Of a DNA stretch of 64,000 nt, positions 9,601 to 17,960 are shown piece by piece. The notes under the pieces are model-generated. The model worked only from the letters and a program-made list of their open reading frames with translations, was not told the origin of the DNA and did not search any database. The DNA comes from a virus, in IMG/VR virus record IMGVR_UViG_3300042874_000443, positions 64,001 through 128,000 of that record; one strand, given 5' to 3'. Position numbers and translations under genes: made by a program. Numbering within the stretch: position 1 is the stretch's first letter; every line of letters starts with the position of its first letter.

Positions 9601-10975
9601 TCTTGCCGGGCTTCACGACTTCGCCGGGGAAGGCGATGACCGACGCAGCCATGTCGCCCGCCTTGAGGTAGGTCGGACGTCCCGTCTTCACGTCGATGAC
9701 GGGGGCGTAGAGGTTGCCCTTGTCGTCACGGCGCGCGCCGATCGCTGCGCGTAGGTCGACACCGATCTTGAAGCTCTCAGGACTGCGCGCGGGGTCGAGG
9801 ATGCCCAGGTGCGTCGGGTGAACATCGCGAGCCTCGAGCGGGATGGCGCGGTCGGATGCGATGGCTCCTTCGCCGAGCATTGTGACGCGCGACGCTTCGT
9901 CGAGCAGTTCCATTGGATTGATCTGCATCGGGACCGCGCTGAGGGAACTGCCTGTGAGCAGTCCATGCATCGAGCGCGTGAAGGGGCCCGCAGGCAACGC
10001 CTTCTTGATGTCGCCGTGGCTGGCGTCCAGTTTCCAGCCCAGCTTGGCTTTCATCGCGCGCGCCTCGAGCGCAACACGTTCCTTGACGAAGTCGTCCACC
10101 GAGTGGAACGTCTTGAACGCGAGCGAATCTCGGTCGTCGACGTCCGCAGCTGTCTTGTGTACGTCGAGCAGCTTCTTGGACGCAGCAAGGATGGCAGCGG
10201 GCGACGCCTTCTCGTAGGGGTACCCGAGCGTGTGGTGCGTGACCGCGGGGTCCATCGAGGTGTTGTCGAAGTACTCACGCAACACACGCGACTTCTCGTC
10301 CGTCGTTGTCGCGGTTTGCTTGGCTGGATGCACCAGCGTTTCGTACAGCTTGTCGACGTGCTTGTCGGGGTTCTTCCACGCGTCTCGATTCATCGACGCG
10401 ATCTCGGGGCCCCAGTTCGTTGCGATGTCTTGGTGCGGGATACCGAGCGCACGCAAGACAGGGTGCAGTGGGATCTTCGATGTTGTGTGCGACGGTTGCA
10501 TGTAAAGGAGCCCCTTCTCGGGGTCCATCGACATGCGAAAGTTCGCGCCCTTCGCTAGGTTGAACGTTGCCTCCAGTTCTTCATTGCCGCGCCGACGGAT
10601 GTACGCACCCGGTTTGGTACGAATCTGGTTGGAGACTGAGTACTCCGTCCCATCGAGAATGAACGTGTGTCGAGGCGTGAAGTACGGCAACTGAAGAAGC
10701 GTGAAGTCTTTGGCGTGGTTGACGGTGCTGCCGCTTGCGTCCTTGACCGTCAGGTCTCCACGTACCCGCTCCGCGAGCGTCTTGCCCTCGAGCACCGCGT
10801 GTTTCTGTTCACGCGACGAGAACTCTTTGGGTTCGACACGGACGTTCGTCAGCTCGAGGGTGTGCTTGCCCGCCTTGAGCGGGAACGCTTGCTCGAGGCC
10901 TTCGACGACCTTCTTGCGGATCATCTCGCGACGCGTGGCCGCGTCTTCGAGAACGGGTCGTAGATTCGGCAGCAT
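6614..10975 (-). CDS. rpoBC: Fused RNA polymerase beta + beta' N-terminal half (catalytic subunit)
   Basis: Beta motifs RDVHPTH, GDKLSNRFGNKGVI, SRINPAQ, QQPARGG...GKMEFDGL; then beta' motifs GGLFD, VPVTPPIIRP, DVSGRATI, NRAPSLHR and catalytic NADYDGD (6884-6904). Confidence 0.95.
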   Translation of the reverse strand: MLPNLRPVLEDAATRREMIRKKVVEGLEQAFPLKAGKHTLELTNVRVEPKEFSSREQKHAVLEGKTLAERVRGDLTVKDASGSTVNHAKDFTLLQLPYFTPRHTFILDGTEYSVSNQIRTKPGAYIRRRGNEELEATFNLAKGANFRMSMDPEKGLLYMQPSHTTSKIPLHPVLRALGIPHQDIATNWGPEIASMNRDAWKNPDKHVDKLYETLVHPAKQTATTTDEKSRVLREYFDNTSMDPAVTHHTLGYPYEKASPAAILAASKKLLDVHKTAADVDDRDSLAFKTFHSVDDFVKERVALEARAMKAKLGWKLDASHGDIKKALPAGPFTRSMHGLLTGSSLSAVPMQINPMELLDEASRVTMLGEGAIASDRAIPLEARDVHPTHLGILDPARSPESFKIGVDLRAAIGARRDDKGNLYAPVIDVKTGRPTYLKAGDMAASVIAFPGEVVKPGKMVDAMAHGVVSRVSADKVTHQIEHVADQYGPTSNLLPFVYGIQGNRVLMASKHQGQALPLTHREAPLVQVASWNPGSSVEQDMVQLLVPTARHDGVITKIDGDYIHVGHHAKTGAENSRHHYDQDFPLAAKTALHNTLTVKVGDTVKKNQPLAESNFTKGGALALGTNLSVAYMPYRGLNTNDGIVVSQGAADKLTSEHMYQHAVSREGDTQLGRERHRSYFGSRYTKEQYDKLDDDGVVKHGVTLHPGDPIIVGVRENKATGDAALLGKLSKALIKPYEEVIATWDHDRPGTVIDIAKTAKHAAASVRTQEALQIGDKLSNRFGNKGVIAKIVPDHQMVHDAQGRPIDLLFTSAGVVSRINPAQIVETALGKVAEKIGKPIVVPQYTPGRDNVAFAKKLLDEHGLSDKETVLDPITGKKIPNVVVGKSYILKLFKTTDSNWAAHGAERYDYNQQPARGGDEGAKGIGKMEFDGLVAHNARNVLREAASIKSQRNDEFWRAVQLGLPTPAPKTPFAYEKLQSMLTGAGVKVSKAGSRLSLGPLTDADVKSMSSGALKDPSRLIRAKDLRPEVGGLFDPGMTGGMSGTKWTHVDLHEPIVNPVFEEPVRRLLGLTQKEFTTHVGKGGAWFKSALGEINVDDKLKDLHTQSKKARGPTLDGVVKQIKYLEALKEKNLKPADAYVITKVPVTPPIIRPILPLKDGRLQVSDANLLYKDAFLANNQLKDATKSLPSAEHPAPRQHLYDAVSALYGVGDPVSPGAEKRGAKGYLAAITGTRPGSGFFQSRLMKRQQDVSGRATIAPDPTLSMDEIGVPEGMLWGMYGKFVIGRLVRRGYTATDAQKMVDDRKPIAREELVNESRERPVMVNRAPSLHRFNIIGAYPKIVEGKTLKLNPFAEKGTNADYDGDAMQIHAPVTPAGIEDVKKMTLSHMIFADKRPGVLNIVPEMESLLGLHRATQAPASKKTKHFESQEEAMAAYHRGEIALNDPIEIKGSRL

Positions 10976-10992
10976 TTTGGTACAAGACTCCG

Positions 10993-11370
10993 TTAGGGCA
11001 GCCGTCGCGGTCGTTCGACAGGTTCAGCATCGCCCGCGTCTTGGTCGTTCGCCGGCGCCGGACGTGTTCGCGGCGTCAGGTAGACCAACGCCACCATGAA
11101 GTCGCCTTCCTTGGTGAACGTGCGGTCTTCGTAGCGCATTACAGCTTCGCCGCGCAGCACTTGGTTCATGACGTCTTCGTAGGCCTCGCGGTCTGCGGGA
11201 AGCGCGTAGACCTCGGAGTGCGCTTCGAAGTCCAGGTCAGGCCCGCCGCGGTTGACGCGCGGCTCGAACGCCGTCCTCCCTGGGCCGTTGCTGAACAGAC
11301 TGCCGATGTCGTTGCTGACCTTCTGCGCGCGTTCGACGACGGCCGCGAAGTCTTCTGATTCTTGGGGCAT
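10993..11370 (-). CDS. Hypothetical protein between portal and RNAP
   Basis: AGGA RBS; coherent 125-aa ORF in operon context. Confidence 0.7.
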   Translation of the reverse strand: MPQESEDFAAVVERAQKVSNDIGSLFSNGPGRTAFEPRVNRGGPDLDFEAHSEVYALPADREAYEDVMNQVLRGEAVMRYEDRTFTKEGDFMVALVYLTPRTRPAPANDQDAGDAEPVERPRRLP

Positions 11371-11381
11371 GGTTTATCCTA

Positions 11382-13184
11382 TCAACCTACCGCCGGAGGT
11401 CCAGCGGGGGGCGCACCGCCCGTACCACCAGACGGGTCGCCGCCCTGGCGCGACATCGCGATGGCCTGCTGATTCATCTGCGTGGTCTGGTCGTGCAGAC
11501 GTTCCTTCACGACGGCGTACATCACCATGTCTTCGGTCTGCAACGCGTGCATCTGCGACTGGCGCGTGCCGGGGTCGAGGCCCATCAGCTGTTGAACAAG
11601 CTGGTCTGCCTGCGCGATGACAGCCTGCTGGTCGTACGACAACCCTTGCTGCCCCATCTGCGCTTGCGCGCGTGCGCGAGCGCCCAGATCGTTCTGGCGT
11701 TTCTGCATCTCGATCTGCAGCTCTTGCGCGACGCGCGCGTCGTCGAGCGCTTCCTGCATGCGCCACTTCCGCTCGTCGGAGGGGTCGATGTTGAACGTCT
11801 CGCCCATCGTTCGCTTGGAGATCCAGGGTCCTGTCGTTGGGTCTGCGCCGTTGAGCTGGAGGAGCAGCGCCTTCTGTTGCACGTCGTCGATGAAGCGGAA
11901 GGGCGCGAGCGTGACCACGACGGTGCCGCGTCCGAGTTGTTTGGCGGCCTTGTCCGTGACCCACTGCAGGAGGTCGTTGAGGTCACCCGTCTGATGGACG
12001 AGCTGGTTCTCGAGCACACGGAGCTGGATGCCTGAGCCCATCGCCGAGAAGCCGCCGTAGATGAACTCCTTGGGTAGCCCCATCGCCGCGATGATGTTGT
12101 CCTCGGCCGCCTGGACTTCGCCGAGCGTCATGAGCGCGCGGGCCTGACCGCCGAGGTGCGTGACCTCCGCAGGGACTGGCGACCACATGATGTGCAGCGG
12201 GTCGCGGCGCCACTTCTTGACGCTGCTCTTCATCTCGTCTGACCACTTCGCCAGCGAGATCGTCGTCATCGGGTCGGCGTTCGCCGTCGACTGCTTCGGC
12301 GAGATGATGCGCAGCGGGACGATGTAGTCGAGCGCGATCGCTTCGTTCGCCTTGCGGAGCACCGCTGCGTAGAAGAACAGCTTGATCGTCGACGCCAGCG
12401 GCGGAAAGCCCCACTGGGCCTCGATGCCCGCAGGTGCGTCCATGCGCATGTGGAAGACCTGACCCTCGGCGAACTTGAAGATCTTGTCTTCGCGGATCGC
12501 TTCCAAGAACTCCATCGGCATCGTGTCGATGAGGTGCTTGTTCCCCTTGGCGCAGCGTTCCTTAATCTCCTTGGGGATCGTGTAGTAGTACTCGCTGTGC
12601 CCGGTGATGGGGTTGTAGTCGATGTCCATCAACTTCGGGTCCCAGCGGATCACCGAGATGCGGTCCTTGCGCGTGATCTTGCGGTCGACGATGTTCTTCG
12701 CACCGACGTCGACGCGCGTCTTGCAGCCACTGCACTCGTAGTTGAAGGCCAGCTTCTTGAGTTTGAACTTGTAGGTGATCTGCTGGATGTTCGTCAGCGT
12801 CTGGCAACGCGGGCACTTCAGGAAGCGCACGAACGGCGAGTACATCGAGAAGAACGCGTTGCCGTAGACGAACTTGTCAACGGCCGCACGGATCAAGATG
12901 CGCTTGGTCTTGAGCGTCTTGTTGTGGAGGTCCTCGTAGTATTCCTTGAGCGCTTCGTTCTGCGTCTCGTAGACGATGTCCGTGACGGGGTACGTGCAGA
13001 ACTTCTGCAGCGCCGCGTAGATCTGCGAGCTGTTGAAGTAGAGGTATTCGCAGAGGCGGAAGAGGTCCTTCAGCTTCCGGGGCGCGAACGCCGTGAGGAA
13101 GTCGAAGAGCGGGCTGCCGTGCGAAGACACGTTGTGCGTCGCGAGATCAGCGACCCCGGGGTCGAACATTCCATCAGCGGCCAT
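11382..13184 (-). CDS. Portal protein (with Zn-ribbon insertion)
   Basis: FVYGNAF, WGFPPL, IIAAMGLPKEFIYGG are portal-like; CPRC...CSGC insertion; Q/M-rich tail; GAGG RBS. Confidence 0.75.
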   Translation of the reverse strand: MAADGMFDPGVADLATHNVSSHGSPLFDFLTAFAPRKLKDLFRLCEYLYFNSSQIYAALQKFCTYPVTDIVYETQNEALKEYYEDLHNKTLKTKRILIRAAVDKFVYGNAFFSMYSPFVRFLKCPRCQTLTNIQQITYKFKLKKLAFNYECSGCKTRVDVGAKNIVDRKITRKDRISVIRWDPKLMDIDYNPITGHSEYYYTIPKEIKERCAKGNKHLIDTMPMEFLEAIREDKIFKFAEGQVFHMRMDAPAGIEAQWGFPPLASTIKLFFYAAVLRKANEAIALDYIVPLRIISPKQSTANADPMTTISLAKWSDEMKSSVKKWRRDPLHIMWSPVPAEVTHLGGQARALMTLGEVQAAEDNIIAAMGLPKEFIYGGFSAMGSGIQLRVLENQLVHQTGDLNDLLQWVTDKAAKQLGRGTVVVTLAPFRFIDDVQQKALLLQLNGADPTTGPWISKRTMGETFNIDPSDERKWRMQEALDDARVAQELQIEMQKRQNDLGARARAQAQMGQQGLSYDQQAVIAQADQLVQQLMGLDPGTRQSQMHALQTEDMVMYAVVKERLHDQTTQMNQQAIAMSRQGGDPSGGTGGAPPAGPPAVG

Positions 13185-13236
13185 GGTTTACCTCGCCAAC
13201 ATGTAACATCGTAACGTGATAGAAAGGCCAACACGT

Positions 13237-15222
13237 ATGGGCAAAGCCCTGATGGATGTCCGTGTTGGGCGTGCAGGAAACGGGACCCCCGTGTTCCTGG
13301 TTCCTGGACAGAACCCGACGTTCGGACGCGTCTTCGGCGCGGTGTGGGACACGACACGCGCGCTGTGGATGTACCCCGCGTTCTTCCCCGCGGCCGACAA
13401 GGTGCTCGCAGACCTGCAGACCGTCGCCAGCGACGTCAACGTCGTCATCTCGGACGTCGCTAAACGGCACATCGATTCGCTTGCAGACGTTCGTCGTCGT
13501 GCCGAAGCGAAGGACCTGCCTGCTGATTTTGGGTTCGTCACAGAGCCGTACCAGCATCAGATCGAAGGGCTGTGCCACGTGTTCTACAACATGCGGGCGG
13601 CACTGTTCTACGACCCCGGTCTCGGCAAGTCGAAGATCGCGATCGATCTCCTTCGGCTGCTCCGTCACACCGGCGTCAGGTCCCAAGCGCTGGTGCTCGG
13701 GCCCCGCATCACCGTGCGGAACTGGGGACGTGAGATCGATCGTCACGCAGGCCGCCAACTGTCGTGGATCACCTTGACAGGCACCCCGAAACAGAAACGG
13801 GAAGCCCTCGAGCGCGCGGCCGCGGAGGGTACCGACATGGTTTTGTCGACGTACGACACTGCGAGAAGTTTAGTGGATTTGCTCGTAGAACGGCTGCCTT
13901 ACAGCATTCTCGTCTGCGACGAGAGCCACAACGTGAAGACGTGGCAGTCCGAACGCACCAAAGCGACCTGGGAGATCGCCCAGAAGGCGGTCCGGCGCAT
14001 CCTCATGACAGGGTCACCAACCGAGGGCAATCCGCTCCATCTGTACGGTCCCTACAAGATCTTGGGCGACTGCTTCATGCCCGAGAACTACTTCAAGTTC
14101 AAGAAGACCTTCGTCATCACGCGAGGCCCCAACTCTCCGATCGTAGTCGGTTACAAGAACCTCGACGTCATCAATGCCCGTACGACGTTCTTGTCGCTAC
14201 GACGTACCAAAGAGGAGTGTCTTGACCTCCCCGAGCGCACCTTCGTAGACGTGGACTACGAGCTGTCGCCAGAGCAGGGCACGTCCTACAACCAGATCGT
14301 TACGACGATGGGCATCGACCCCGCGACGCTCAACATGCTCGTCACTGCGATGCGTACTGCCGGCGGTAACGCCCTGCCGATGCCGGCGACACTTCCTCCA
14401 GAGATGGAGATGCCGCACCGTGCAGCGGCGCTCACCAAGCTCTTGCAGATCACGTCAGGATTCCTCGTCAAGAACGAGAAGGACCTCCAGTTCTGTGACA
14501 CCGCTGAACAAGGACAGCAGTGCCGTCATTTGCAGCGATGCATCGAGAACAAGATCCTGCCGCACACGCCTCGCTGTCATGTTGACCAGACGCCATGGCC
14601 TACGTCGCTTACACGGTTCGACGAGAACCCCAAGCTCGACGCGATCATGGAGCTGCTCACGAACATTCTCGAAGTTCCGAAGCACAAGGTCATCATCTGG
14701 TGCGCGTTCCATCCTGAGATGGACTTGATCACGGAGCGCCTGACGACCGCCGAGGTCAAACACGTGCGCGTCGACGGAAACGTCCGTGACCCGATGGTAC
14801 TGGTCGATCAGTTCAATGACGACCCGGATACACGCGTCTACGTCGGACAGGTGACGACAGGTGTCGGGATTACGTTGAATGCTGCAGCGTACATGATCTA
14901 TAGCTCGTTGCCGTATTCGCTCAATTCGTACAACCAGTGTTTGGATAGAAACTATCGCATCGGACAAGGCGAGAAGGTTACGGTGTACCGCATGCTCGGT
15001 CGGTCAACCTTGGAGGCGGCCGTCGCCTACCTGCTTGACCACAAGGTGGATGTCGACTCACTGCTCACGAACAAGATCGAATGCGCGATGTGTCTAAATA
15101 GCATCCGTTGTTTGGCAGAAGGAATCGAGCCATTCGAGACGGGATGTATCTACCCCAAGCGCGTTGATCGCCCCATCGTCAAGGCGTATGCGCTCCCGAT
15201 GTTCCCTGGAGGTTCGCGATGA
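13237..15222 (+). CDS. SNF2-family helicase/ATPase
   Basis: DPGLGKS (I), CDESH (II), MTGSP (III), GVGITL (V), QCLDRNYRIGQ (VI). Confidence 0.92.
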   Translation: MGKALMDVRVGRAGNGTPVFLVPGQNPTFGRVFGAVWDTTRALWMYPAFFPAADKVLADLQTVASDVNVVISDVAKRHIDSLADVRRRAEAKDLPADFGFVTEPYQHQIEGLCHVFYNMRAALFYDPGLGKSKIAIDLLRLLRHTGVRSQALVLGPRITVRNWGREIDRHAGRQLSWITLTGTPKQKREALERAAAEGTDMVLSTYDTARSLVDLLVERLPYSILVCDESHNVKTWQSERTKATWEIAQKAVRRILMTGSPTEGNPLHLYGPYKILGDCFMPENYFKFKKTFVITRGPNSPIVVGYKNLDVINARTTFLSLRRTKEECLDLPERTFVDVDYELSPEQGTSYNQIVTTMGIDPATLNMLVTAMRTAGGNALPMPATLPPEMEMPHRAAALTKLLQITSGFLVKNEKDLQFCDTAEQGQQCRHLQRCIENKILPHTPRCHVDQTPWPTSLTRFDENPKLDAIMELLTNILEVPKHKVIIWCAFHPEMDLITERLTTAEVKHVRVDGNVRDPMVLVDQFNDDPDTRVYVGQVTTGVGITLNAAAYMIYSSLPYSLNSYNQCLDRNYRIGQGEKVTVYRMLGRSTLEAAVAYLLDHKVDVDSLLTNKIECAMCLNSIRCLAEGIEPFETGCIYPKRVDRPIVKAYALPMFPGGSR

Positions 15223-15599
15223 AGATCGTCGTTACGTATGAGGCCGCTGACATCACACGCCTGATTCGCCAAGACATGGCGAAGCAGGGCATCACGACCA
15301 CCGACGGTGACGTCAAGTACGTCAAAGGCAAAGCCGTGGTTTCCGTCGAAGTGTCGAGCGACGATGTCCCGGCGCCGAGCCCTGTTCCGGCGCCCGCGGA
15401 AGAACACGTACGACCTGAAGTGCCCAAGACGGCGCCGCCCAAACTGGAAGCCCTCTCTGGAGGGAACGAACCGTTCGACATGGATGCGATCCATCGCGCC
15501 TCCGCGAAGGTCGCCGCCACCAACCCGGGGAAGTTCCCGGTGCCTGAACGTCAGCTCATGGAAGGGGAGTCGTTCGACTTCCCAGGAGACAAGCGATGA
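15219..15599 (+). CDS. Hypothetical protein
   Basis: ATGA overlaps at both ends. Confidence 0.7.
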   Translation: MKIVVTYEAADITRLIRQDMAKQGITTTDGDVKYVKGKAVVSVEVSSDDVPAPSPVPAPAEEHVRPEVPKTAPPKLEALSGGNEPFDMDAIHRASAKVAATNPGKFPVPERQLMEGESFDFPGDKR

Positions 15600-16510
15600 C
15601 AACTGGAATGGAAGAGGTCGAAGCGTTTCTCGACCCCGATATCGAAGTGCCGCCGGACGTCGAACCCGAACTGATCGACATCTTGCCTCGCGGCTACCTC
15701 TCACCATCGCAAGTCGCGATGTTCCTCAAGTGTCCCAAGTCGTGGGAGCTGGCCTACCTGCAGCACAAGCCCCGCCGTACCGTCGCGCGTATGTTCCAAG
15801 GGATACAGGTCCACAACGCCGTCGAGAAGGTGCTCAAGGGGCGGCTCGAAACGGGCATCCTGCCGTCGCAGGAGATGGCGACGGACGCGTACTCCGACTC
15901 GTTCAACGAAACGAAGAAGCTCATCGAGGACTGGGAGGGTGAAGACGAAGGCGCGGTCAAGGACACCGGCGTGAAGTGCACCAAGGCGTACTACGACGAA
16001 GCCGCACCTGATGCGACGCCGATCGAAGTCGAAAAGACCTTCCACGCGGTGTTCCGTACGTCCGACGGCAAGATCAAGCTGCCGGTACTAGGACGCATCG
16101 ATAGCATCCAGGTGCAGTCGCACACCGAACAGGAGTACCAGGACATCCGAGAAGCGCTCGCGTCGAAGACGCCGAAGAAGCCCAAGCGCGTACATGATCT
16201 GAAGGTGGTCACGGACAAGTGGTCCGAGAGCGACCTGGCCAATGACCTGCAGTTCGCAATCTACGCGGGCGTCGAGCACGTCCCTGATGTGCAGGTCGAT
16301 CAGGTCGTCAAGGGGCGTGCGAAGGTGCCACGTCCTCGCTATGAAAAGCTGACGGGCGTCATCACGGACAAGATGGTCAAGCACGCCGAAGAGGTGGTCG
16401 TGGGCGTGGCGAAGTCCATCGCGTTGGGACACTTCCCGATGACCGATCCCTCCAACTGGTGGTGCGGTGAGAAGTGGTGCTCCATGTGGCGCCATTGCCG
16501 TGGCAAGTAG
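15596..16510 (+). CDS. PD-(D/E)XK nuclease, RecB/Cas4-like
   Basis: LSPSQ...KCP, GRID, HDLK, QFAIY, C-terminal CxxxWCxxWxxC. Confidence 0.85.
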   Translation: MTTGMEEVEAFLDPDIEVPPDVEPELIDILPRGYLSPSQVAMFLKCPKSWELAYLQHKPRRTVARMFQGIQVHNAVEKVLKGRLETGILPSQEMATDAYSDSFNETKKLIEDWEGEDEGAVKDTGVKCTKAYYDEAAPDATPIEVEKTFHAVFRTSDGKIKLPVLGRIDSIQVQSHTEQEYQDIREALASKTPKKPKRVHDLKVVTDKWSESDLANDLQFAIYAGVEHVPDVQVDQVVKGRAKVPRPRYEKLTGVITDKMVKHAEEVVVGVAKSIALGHFPMTDPSNWWCGEKWCSMWRHCRGK

Positions 16511-16546
16511 TGGACGCGTGAATCGCGTGCGTGCTACGAGAGGTTT

Positions 16547-16903
16547 ATGACGCAAGCACACGCGAACCAGAAGCCCACCAACCTCGGCGCGCAAGCGGCC
16601 GCTGCTGCAACCACGGGCGGCACCGCCAAGCCGTCGGACGCCAAGACCGATGCCAAGACCGACGCCAAGCCGGCACCGACGCCGCGCAAGAAGGCTGCGG
16701 ACATGACGCCGGCGGAGAAGGAAGCAGCCAAGGCAGAGCGTCTGGCGAAGGCCAAGAAGGTCTTCATCGTCGTGGGCACGGTCCACGAGTTCGACTCGGT
16801 CAACAAGGCCGAGAAGTTCCTCAACGCCGCGGACTCCCCTGCGGAGTACACCGCGATCCGCGGCCTCCGAATCGGCACCAGCAAGAAGGTCTCCCTGCGC
16901 TAG
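16547..16903 (+). CDS. Lys/Ala-rich hypothetical protein
   Basis: GAGG RBS; DAKT repeats; typical codon use. Confidence 0.7.
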   Translation: MTQAHANQKPTNLGAQAAAAATTGGTAKPSDAKTDAKTDAKPAPTPRKKAADMTPAEKEAAKAERLAKAKKVFIVVGTVHEFDSVNKAEKFLNAADSPAEYTAIRGLRIGTSKKVSLR

Positions 16904-16912
16904 AGTAGCGAC

Positions 16913-17071
16913 ATGGAGAAATTTGGCGTTGACGTAGAGCCCGAAGCCACCAAGACTGCCGCCGCGAAGGCCCACCCGACATGCCCGTCTTGCGACCAAC
17001 CGTTGCTGAAAAACGCCAACGTTCCAACATGCCCGCGATGCGGAACCAAACCGTTCGAGCCAAAGGAATGA
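16913..17071 (+). CDS. Small Zn-ribbon protein (52 aa)
   Basis: Manual translation MEKFGVDVEPEATKTAAAKAHPTCPSCDQPLLKNANVPTCPRCGTKPFEPKE; stop overlaps next ATG; not in track. Confidence 0.7.
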   Translation: MEKFGVDVEPEATKTAAAKAHPTCPSCDQPLLKNANVPTCPRCGTKPFEPKE

Positions 17072-17310
17072 GTCGTAAGCGCGGTAGTCGCAGTGGCGTC
17101 AGCGCGCGCGTCGCCAACGACGTAGCGGGCCGCCTGCGCGACATCCGCGCTGTCTGGTTCGCAGTTCAGAACGATCCCAACAAGACCATCTCGGACGTTG
17201 CGGCGGAGTTCTACTACGCCGTGGGCGAGATCTTGGAAGGGCGTACGCTTCGGTCGCTCTCGCTGCGCAACATCGACCGCGAGCGCGTTCTCGCGCACGC
17301 AGAGGAGTAG
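17068..17310 (+). CDS. Hypothetical protein (80 aa)
   Basis: Start reassigned to ATG 17068 (ATGA overlap, AAGGA upstream). Confidence 0.6.
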   Translation: MSRKRGSRSGVSARVANDVAGRLRDIRAVWFAVQNDPNKTISDVAAEFYYAVGEILEGRTLRSLSLRNIDRERVLAHAEE

Positions 17311-17314
17311 CTCC

Positions 17315-17467
17315 ATGCGCATCGTAACGCCGGCACGTCTACGTGCCGTCGGTTTCCTATTGCTCGAAGTTGCCGGCGTCGTTCTGCTCATCGCAGACCG
17401 TGTAGGCAAGGACGAGACGCTTCGTACCTCGATCGCTGGGTTGATCAAGAAGGTACGGGCGTTGTGA
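17315..17467 (+). CDS. Small membrane protein (50 aa)
   Basis: GAGGAG RBS; hydrophobic AVGFLLLEVAGVVLLIA. Confidence 0.55.
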   Translation: MRIVTPARLRAVGFLLLEVAGVVLLIADRVGKDETLRTSIAGLIKKVRAL

Positions 17468-17952
17468 GTACCGTGACGCTCGAAGACTTGGCGGACGTCG
17501 ATACAGACGAGGTGTTCAACCTACGTCCACCGCTCAACATCGACCTGAGGCTGTCAGAACATCCGACGCCATCCGTCACCAAGAACCTCGCCAAGCTACA
17601 GAAGCTCGGCATTCTATCCGGCGACACCATCATGTCACTCGTTGGGCAAGCGCCCATCGACCCCATCAATCTGATGGGGACGTTGCTGCAACTTCAGCCT
17701 GAAGGCTGGGCGTTCTCAGCGATCGACTTTTCGATGGTACGTGTGCTCGCACGGAACCCGAAGAAATCCGTGACCGCCGCGTTGCGTGTTGACCTGATGG
17801 GTTCATCCATCTCAGGCCTCGCGCTCAACAAAGCTGGTCAGCTCACCATCTTCAAGACGCTCGAGATCGAACCAGGCCCCGACACCATGACCAACATCCA
17901 GGCACTGTGCGATGAGACCGTCGCCGCATCGGTGCGTGAGACCAAACCCTAG
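17464..17952 (+). CDS. Hypothetical protein
   Basis: GTGA overlap; operon context. Confidence 0.65.
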   Translation: MSTVTLEDLADVDTDEVFNLRPPLNIDLRLSEHPTPSVTKNLAKLQKLGILSGDTIMSLVGQAPIDPINLMGTLLQLQPEGWAFSAIDFSMVRVLARNPKKSVTAALRVDLMGSSISGLALNKAGQLTIFKTLEIEPGPDTMTNIQALCDETVAASVRETKP

Positions 17953-17960
17953 GAGACACC

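Noticed and set aside
3965-10975. Cellular rpoBC locus or host contamination
   Set aside because: No ribosomal protein or nusG neighbours; flanked by portal and phage genes; sequence reduced and divergent
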